From the NCBI GenBank assembly GCA_029941865.1, contig JAPYTO010000003.1, positions 3,960-67,959 of the forward strand: DNA of 64,000 nt, given 5' to 3'. Position 1 is the stretch's first letter. The number at the start of each line of letters is the position of its first letter. This document shows positions 57,661 through 64,000 of the stretch, piece by piece. Under the pieces are notes generated by a model. It worked only from the letters and a program-made list of their open reading frames with translations, did not search any database and had not been told where the DNA came from. The translations under genes were made by a program, and so were the position numbers. This DNA comes from Fuerstiella sp. (lineage in GTDB: Bacteria > Planctomycetota > Planctomycetia > Planctomycetales > Planctomycetaceae).

Positions 57661-58578
57661 TTTCCGATTACTCCTGAATCAAAGAAACGTTGGGATCCCA
57701 CGCCAGCGGCGATTCTGTGGGACTCCCCCACAAAGACACGCCGCCATCGCCTGCCGACCTCGCACGACGACAATGCTCTTCCACAACCTGTCACAGTTGG
57801 TCAAAGTCGATCGAATCAAACTGCCGTGAGGCCGATTTGATCCGATCGAAATTCCGATTCCGGCATTTTGACGCTCAATTCATCGCCTGGTCCACCCGCA
57901 CGACGAAACTCCCGGCATTCTGAGGAGAAATATTGGGCAGCCACGTGCAGCTACTGTACGTGGCTGCACCCTCCCACGCCACGATTGACGGGGGGAGTGC
58001 GCAGCCTTCATGGCCTGGATCGCACAGCTTTCCACTGGCCCGATGTGATGCGGAAGGTATCGTCCGCCACGATCAGCAGGTGGATATTTATGTTTGCCCG
58101 TGGATCTGACCATCCTGACACCATGAGGAAGCACTCTGCGCTGCCGCAGCCTACCGGGGATATCCAGTTTGCGAAGAACAAGTCGAACCGATTTGTTGTG
58201 GACATGGATGCAGTACGCACCGGGCATCTGTACAAGGGGACCGACGCTTGCCGAGCCGCAGGCCCCTCCTTCATCAGTCGCACCCGTTTGGCTCCGGGTG
58301 CAGTAGCGAATGATTGTAAAGTTGGAGAGTGTGGCCGGGGTTGGAGCGAGGAACGAGTGAAACCCCGGGGCTTCCTTCGCAAGCTCAGTCCAGCCCACCC
58401 CCCAGCCCGAAACCACAATCCGTTACTGCACCTGTTTCGCTCCACCGACGTCCATGTCGTTTGTCAACATCGCTTCCATCGTCGAGAATGGTCTGATCGA
58501 CTGTCAAACTCGAATCTCCACGTTCAATCGCGTGGGTCAACGCATCCCACCACCTACACAGGAATTCCGCAGACTCAG

Positions 58579-61533
58579 ATGACAAAATCCCGCCTTACCC
58601 TCCGCCTAAGCTGCGTTGCAATGCAGTTGCTGATCATCGGACATCTTCAATCCTTCGCCGACGAACCGGCTGACACAACCGAACCGATTGTGGCGTGGAC
58701 GTTTGATGACGGAACGGACGGCTGCAGGCCACTCAACCAGATACAGCTGAAAGCAAAGGACGGTGTCCTGCGCGTCGTTGGTAACGGTGACGATCCTTGT
58801 TTCGTTGTGCCCGCTGCGGGCGGAACGGCTGGCTGGAAGAAGCTGGTAATTCGTACACGCTTTCGCGGTAAATTGAACTCGCAGATGTTTTGGACAACAG
58901 AAGCGGAACCGAATACCAGTGAACGGAACTCCGTGCGTTTTAGAATGAAGCCCAGCAGAACCGAATGGAACGAATACACAGCATTCTTTCGCACATCTTC
59001 GCCGCTGAAAGAAATTCGCCTGGACCCTCACGACGCGCCGTTCAAAATGGAAATCGATTCACTGGCCGTCTTTGCCAGCGGCCCGCCTCCCGCCGATCCC
59101 GCCACGGACCCGGCCGGATTCAAAACGATTCCAGGTTTTCAGGTCGAACTTTTGTACTCCGTGCCGATGCAGGCCCAGGGCTCCTGGGTCAGCATGACGG
59201 TCGATCCCAAAGGTCGCCTGATTGTCTGTGACCAATACGGAAGTCTGTATCGAATCACACCAAAACCAATTGGACAAACCGGTGTGGCCAGCGTTGAGCC
59301 GCTCGGGATCGAACTGGGTTCGGCGCAGGGACTGCTGTACGCGTTCGACAGTCTGTATGTCATGGTCAGCAGCGGAGACGCCAGTGGTCTGTACCGTGTC
59401 ACCGACAGCGACGGTGATGATCAGTTCGACACGGTGAAACAACTTCAGAAACTCTCTGGAAAACTCGGCGAACACGGACCACATGCCATCGCGCTCAGTC
59501 CGGACGGTCAGTCACTCTACGTCGTCGCCGGCAACAACACGGTCCTGCCGGAACGAGTCCAGACGTATCGGTCGCCGAAAAACTGGGCCGAAGATCAGTT
59601 GCTGCCCCGCGATCCCTGTTCGAACGGGCACAACACCAACCGCATGGCCCCGGGCGGCTGGGTTTGTCGAGTGAGTCCGGATGGATCTGAGTGGGAACTG
59701 GTGTCCGCAGGATTTCGCAATCCCTATGACATCGCATTCAACCGCGACGGCGAACTGTTTACCTATGACGCCGACATGGAAATGGACGTCGGCACTCCGT
59801 GGTATCGGCCGACACGCGTTTGCCATGTCGTCAGCGGCGGCGAGTTCGGCTGGCGGTGGGGCACGGGCAAATGGCCGGCGTACTCGCCGGACAGCCTGCC
59901 AGCCGTCGCCGATATTGGATTGGGATCACCAACAGGCGTGGCGTTTGGCTACGGTGCCGATTTTCCGTCGGAATATCAGGACGCGTTGTACGTCTGCGAT
60001 TGGACCTACGGCCGATTGTTTGCCGTGCACCTGACTGCTCAGGGAGCTTCGTATACCGGCCGACTGGAAGAATTCATCACCGGGACTCCGTTGGCCCTGA
60101 CCGACATCGTGGTCAACCCCGTTGACCGGGCGATGTACTTCACGGTCGGCGGCCGAAGGACTCAGTCCGGTCTTTACCGCGTAACGTGGACGGGAGAAAA
60201 GTCCGGCACTAATCACACCGTTGGCAACGACTCTGACGCCGCTCAACTGCGTCGGCTTCGCCAGGACCTTGAGACACTCCACGTGGCTCCGAAACCCGAT
60301 GCCCTGGATCACATCTGGACCAATCTGGCACACGAAGACCGTCACATCAGATTTGCCGCCCGAGTCGCGCTGGAGCATCTGGAACCAGCGCTGTGGACAT
60401 CGCGTGCACTGAGTGAATCGCAACCCGATACAACAATCGGTTCCCTGTTGGCGCTTGCTCGCACAGCAGGCGGTGCCCACAACAAAGCTATCGTGGCCTC
60501 ATTGACACAATTGGCGCAAAAAGATCTGACGAACCGGCAGCGTGTCGATCTACTTCGAGCACTCGCCGTCACGTTTGCTCGACACGGTCAGCCGGATCAG
60601 AAGTCTGCTGCACGGCTGACCGGCGTCCTCGAGCCCATGATTCCGTCAGGGTCTACGGCTTTGAATCACGAACTCTGCCGCATGCTGGTCTACCTGAAAT
60701 CAGACCAAATCGTCTCGAACGCCGTGCAGTTGATGTCAGAGTCGGTGACTCAGGAGGATCTGCTGGCGTATGGCATGATGCTGCGAGTGGCAGAGCAGGG
60801 CTGGACGGACGCGACACGCCGGACATACTTTTCGCTGCTGAATAAGATCGAAGCGGGAGCAGCGACCGCGGACTATGTCGGTGGTGGCCATCTGCAGATC
60901 TACACGCAGCGGTTTCGAGACGCTGCGGTGGAACGTCTGTCTGAGGCTCATCGCGAGATGCTAAATGATGTGGTCAACGCGAAACTCCCAAGCACCGTAC
61001 CAACCGGCTCGCCGACTCCACGCCCGTTTGTACGCAACTGGACCAGCGCCGACCTGCTGCCGGAACTGGATCGCGTTGGCAGTGGCCGATCGTTCAAGAC
61101 CGGGCAGAATATGTTTACAGTTGCGAACTGTGCCCAGTGCCACCGCTTTAACAATATCGGCGGAATCCTGGGACCGGATATTACCGGTGCGGCAAAACGC
61201 TACAGCAGAGCCGTCATGGTGCGAGAGATTCTGGAACCATCGGTACAGATCTCGGACCAGTTTCGCACGCACATGATTCTCACCCAGGCCGGACGAATTT
61301 ACGAAGGGCGTATCATCAACCGTAACGAATTCGGAATCACTGTGGCCGCCGATCCAAAACGGCCGGCGTCTGTCGTGCAGATTGCGGCGGACGACATCGA
61401 CGAATTAGTTCCGTCCAAAATTTCGATGATGCCGAAGGACCTGCTGAACACGTTATCCGTGGAAGACATTCTGGACCTGCTGGCGTTCATCGAAGCCGCC
61501 GGCGATCCGGACCACCCGAACTTCCGCAAGTGA
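58579..61533 (+). CDS. PVC-type membrane-bound-dehydrogenase-domain / HEAT-repeat / c-type heme-binding protein
   Basis: The ATG at 58579 gives MTKSRLTLRLSCVAMQLLIIGHLQSFA. The propeller-like region reads GPHAIALSPDGQSLYVVAGN and FRNPYDIAFN. CAQCH lies at 61129..61143 followed by GPDITG. The ORF track start at 57868 looks like a non-coding extension. Confidence 0.88.
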   Translation: MTKSRLTLRLSCVAMQLLIIGHLQSFADEPADTTEPIVAWTFDDGTDGCRPLNQIQLKAKDGVLRVVGNGDDPCFVVPAAGGTAGWKKLVIRTRFRGKLNSQMFWTTEAEPNTSERNSVRFRMKPSRTEWNEYTAFFRTSSPLKEIRLDPHDAPFKMEIDSLAVFASGPPPADPATDPAGFKTIPGFQVELLYSVPMQAQGSWVSMTVDPKGRLIVCDQYGSLYRITPKPIGQTGVASVEPLGIELGSAQGLLYAFDSLYVMVSSGDASGLYRVTDSDGDDQFDTVKQLQKLSGKLGEHGPHAIALSPDGQSLYVVAGNNTVLPERVQTYRSPKNWAEDQLLPRDPCSNGHNTNRMAPGGWVCRVSPDGSEWELVSAGFRNPYDIAFNRDGELFTYDADMEMDVGTPWYRPTRVCHVVSGGEFGWRWGTGKWPAYSPDSLPAVADIGLGSPTGVAFGYGADFPSEYQDALYVCDWTYGRLFAVHLTAQGASYTGRLEEFITGTPLALTDIVVNPVDRAMYFTVGGRRTQSGLYRVTWTGEKSGTNHTVGNDSDAAQLRRLRQDLETLHVAPKPDALDHIWTNLAHEDRHIRFAARVALEHLEPALWTSRALSESQPDTTIGSLLALARTAGGAHNKAIVASLTQLAQKDLTNRQRVDLLRALAVTFARHGQPDQKSAARLTGVLEPMIPSGSTALNHELCRMLVYLKSDQIVSNAVQLMSESVTQEDLLAYGMMLRVAEQGWTDATRRTYFSLLNKIEAGAATADYVGGGHLQIYTQRFRDAAVERLSEAHREMLNDVVNAKLPSTVPTGSPTPRPFVRNWTSADLLPELDRVGSGRSFKTGQNMFTVANCAQCHRFNNIGGILGPDITGAAKRYSRAVMVREILEPSVQISDQFRTHMILTQAGRIYEGRIINRNEFGITVAADPKRPASVVQIAADDIDELVPSKISMMPKDLLNTLSVEDILDLLAFIEAAGDPDHPNFRK

Positions 61534-61583
61534 TTTCGACATCAGACCGATATCGTGAAAACTCATCCAGCACGGAGAATTCG

Positions 61584-61985
61584 ATGCCTGCCACAGAGCG
61601 AGACCCTGACGGCGACATGTTGCTGCGTACACTGGCCATGCCGGCTGACACAAATCCCAACGGCGATATTTTTGGCGGCTGGATCATGTCGCAGATGGAT
61701 ATTGGCGGAGGAATCCTGGCAAAGGAAATCGCCTCAGGCCGCATCGTGACCGTCGCTGTGGACGGAATGGCGTTTCACCATCCCGTTCAAGTGGGTGATG
61801 TGGTCTGCTGCTATGGAAAGTGTACTCGCGTCGGGACAACATCCATGACCATTAAACTTGAGGTGTGGGTGAAACCCGTGCTCCGCGAAGCACAGAGCGC
61901 GCGTTACTGCGTAACGGAAGCGGTCTTCACATACGTCGCCATCGACGAACAGGGAGCACCAAGAAAGGTTCCGACCAGCGATTAG
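61584..61985 (+). CDS. Acyl-CoA thioesterase, hotdog fold (YciA-like)
   Basis: MPADTNPNGDIFGGWIMSQMDIGGGILA and FHHPVQVGDVV are typical of YciA-type thioesterases. Confidence 0.85.
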   Translation: MPATERDPDGDMLLRTLAMPADTNPNGDIFGGWIMSQMDIGGGILAKEIASGRIVTVAVDGMAFHHPVQVGDVVCCYGKCTRVGTTSMTIKLEVWVKPVLREAQSARYCVTEAVFTYVAIDEQGAPRKVPTSD

Positions 61986-62374
61986 CAGGGGGGCTGCCGT
62001 TCCGGTGTCATGACGGCGTCCCGTGGCGGTCAGCGGGCCTGGCCGCGATGTTGCAGGTCAAAAAAACAGAAACACAGTTTTTCGCACGCCCTGATTTACG
62101 CGTGCTGTCGCCGTATCTGGTAGCAACACTTCCAGATACGATCTGTCTCCATACCTGCAACCGAAAGGACGACGACATGCCAACATGTTTAAACTGTATT
62201 GTCATATCGAGTTGCGTCATGTTCACCGATGCCAACGCACCACCCGACCGTACCCGCCGACGGCGCAAAGACGACTGACGGGTTTCCGTCAGAGAAACGG
62301 TTACGCTCACCAGCCGGAACGGTCACGAAAACAAGTAAAGTGCTCTAAGAACTCAACCAACACACGGCACCATC

Positions 62375-62941
62375 ATGAACAACGCCGCGGAGAATCTTGA
62401 ACACGTCGTTGAGCGGTATCGCCAGTACCTGGTGCTGCTCGCCGACCGACAACTTAATTCCCGGCTGCGTGGCAAGCTTGATGCCTCTGACGTTGTGCAA
62501 CAGACTCTGCTGGAAGCTCATCAGAACCATGAGCAATTCCGCGGCGCCCATGAGGCTGAAATGGTCGCGTGGCTGCGAAAGATTCTGGCAAACAACATGC
62601 TGGACGCCATCCGCGGACTGCGCCGGGAAAAACGTGACGTGGACCGCGAACAGTCGATCGAAGCGGCGATCGAACAGTCGTCCGTTCGAATGGAGGGGTG
62701 GCTGGCCGTCGAACAGTCCAGGCCCAGCCAGCAACTTGCTCGTCAGGAAGAGACGCTGCAGCTGGCAGACACAATGGCCGGGCTGCCGGAGGCTCAGCGA
62801 GAAGCGTTGATTCTGAAAAACGGGCATGGCTGGACAGTGACTGAGATCGCCCAGCACATGGGGCGCAGTTCCACGGCTGTCGCTGGCCTGCTGAAAAGAG
62901 GTCTCAAACAACTGCGCCAACAACTCATAGAGTCGGAGTAG
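62375..62941 (+). CDS. ECF sigma-70 family factor (kinase-associated type)
   Basis: Region 2 reads DASDVVQQTLLEAHQNHEQFRG...MVAWLRKILANNMLDAIR. Region 4 reads LPEAQREALILKNGHGWTVTEIAQHMGRSSTAVAGLLKRGLKQLR. Confidence 0.88.
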   Translation: MNNAAENLEHVVERYRQYLVLLADRQLNSRLRGKLDASDVVQQTLLEAHQNHEQFRGAHEAEMVAWLRKILANNMLDAIRGLRREKRDVDREQSIEAAIEQSSVRMEGWLAVEQSRPSQQLARQEETLQLADTMAGLPEAQREALILKNGHGWTVTEIAQHMGRSSTAVAGLLKRGLKQLRQQLIESE

Positions 62942-62945
62942 ACCA

Positions 62946-64000
62946 ATGGTCGACAGGACGCCGTCTGCCGATGAAGAAGAGGACACACTGAACCAGGTGC
63001 TGGTTGAGTATTTTGACGCCCGCGACTCGGGCCGAGGTCCAACGCGCGACGAAATGCTGGCTATGCATCCGGAGTTAATCGGGGACCCGGACCTGGTCGG
63101 GCAAATCGATGAGTTTCTGAATGACCAGCAGTTGTTCGATCGGTTTTCGGACGCTCTTGAGATGACGAACATCGTCGCCGAGCGGGACACAGCCAGTTGT
63201 CAGGACAATGCGACGCCCGATCCCTCTCGTTTACCTGTCGCAGATCGCGGTCGGCGGGCAGGTAATTTGAAGCCGGGAACACTGTTCGGCGATTACGAAC
63301 TTGTTGAAGAAATCGCCCGTGGTGGAATGGGCGTCGTCTATAAGCACGGCAGGTCAAACTTGATCGGATCGTCGCCATCAAGATGATCCTGACAGGACAG
63401 TTCGCGTCCAGGGAGGATCTGCGCCGTTTTCAGACCGAAGCGCGGCTGGCGGCAAACCTGCGACACGCGAACATCGTCGCCATCCACGATGTGGGCGAAC
63501 ACGATGAGCAGGCCTACTTCTCTATGCAGTATATCGAAGGCCAAAGTCTGGCCGAACTGGTATGTGATGGCGCGATCGATCCACAGCGAGCGGCCAGGTA
63601 CATGGCCAGTATCGCCGATGCCGTACATTATGCCCATGAAAAGAGTACGCTGCACCGGGATCTGAAGCCGGCGAACATTCTGCTCGATTCCGATGATCAG
63701 CCACACATCACCGACTTCGGCCTGGCCAGGCAAATTCAGACGGATCAGCAACTCACGGCTACGGGGGCTATCCTTGGCACGCCCAGCTATATGTCGCCCG
63801 AACAGGCACTGGGAAAGAGCGAACGGATTGATCGCACAACGGATGTCTATGCACTGGGCGCCACGCTGTATCATCTGCTGACGGGCCGACCGCCACTGCA
63901 GGGCGACAGCCCACTGGACACACTTCGCCTGGCGACCAATGACCGGCCGACTTCCCCGCGCCAAATCAATGAACAGGTTCCCCGAGACCTTGAGAACATC
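62946..64000 (+). pseudogene. Ser/Thr protein kinase, frameshifted after the Gly-rich loop; runs off the window
   Basis: ORF 62946..63386 ends ...FGDYELVEEIARGGMGVVYK and then goes out of frame. From 63347 the -1 frame reads RQVKLDRIVAIKMIL...HRDLKPANILLD...DFGLA...GTPSYMSPEQ with no stop before 64000. Confidence 0.75.

Noticed and set aside
58034-58045. The 12-mer actggcccgatg is identical to part of the SAM-I riboswitch core (GGGACUGGCCCGAUGAAACCC).
   Set aside because: The flanking conserved elements are absent: no P1 cuuaucaagag/aaagaugag, no GAGGGA before it, and no AAACCCGGCAACC after it. The downstream gene is unrelated to sulfur or methionine metabolism. I treat it as a chance match.
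57868-58578. The ORF track extends the heme-binding protein 237 codons upstream (start 57868).
   Set aside because: The extension has no signal peptide, TM or domain-like sequence. The internal ATG at 58579 is followed by a typical signal peptide. The extension is treated as non-coding.
62345-63964. Two minus-strand ORFs (62345..63190 and 63338..63964) of 281 and 208 aa.
   Set aside because: They are opposite the clearly recognisable ECF sigma and kinase genes. Their composition is shadow-like and no motifs are present.

Overview
The window looks like a chromosomal segment from a Planctomycetota-type genome. This is an inference from gene content: multiple Cys-type sulfatases, DUF1549/DUF1553 + DUF1501 and DUF1592-type + DUF1552 gene pairs, a PVC-type CxxCH heme-binding protein, ECF sigma / Ser-Thr kinase pairs, and LEPR-XLL-like N-termini. 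I call about 40 protein-coding genes. In order they are: a three-gene sulfatase array separated by a REP-like palindromic repeat; two beta-lactamase-fold genes plus a degraded third copy; an ECF sigma factor fused to a 4-TM domain; a translationally coupled MoxR / DUF58 / VWA / VWA (Bat-like) operon ending in a 1293-aa protein; a trypsin + P-domain protease; an ECF sigma coupled to a kinase that carries a ZAS anti-sigma motif; a hyper-acidic aromatic protein; then housekeeping or accessory enzymes (S9 peptidase, CrtI-like oxidoreductase, ThrE-like exporter, PqqB-like MBL hydrolase, class II aldolase, PhyH, cupin, SelO, metallophosphoesterases, HD protein, an EF-G paralog, CotH kinase, YciA-like thioesterase). 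I found no rRNA, tRNA, CRISPR array, transposase or integrase. Three genes carry apparent single-nucleotide frameshifts. The points most worth follow-up are: the membrane-tethered sigma plus a catalytically degenerate beta-lactamase-fold neighbour; the ZAS-kinase fusion; a REP-like element embedded in frame in a sulfatase; an EF-G paralog lacking the catalytic His; a perfect 25-bp palindrome with attC-like ends; and two long gene-free regions with strong hairpins. All calls come from reading the sequence and the ORF track by eye. No database search was run.
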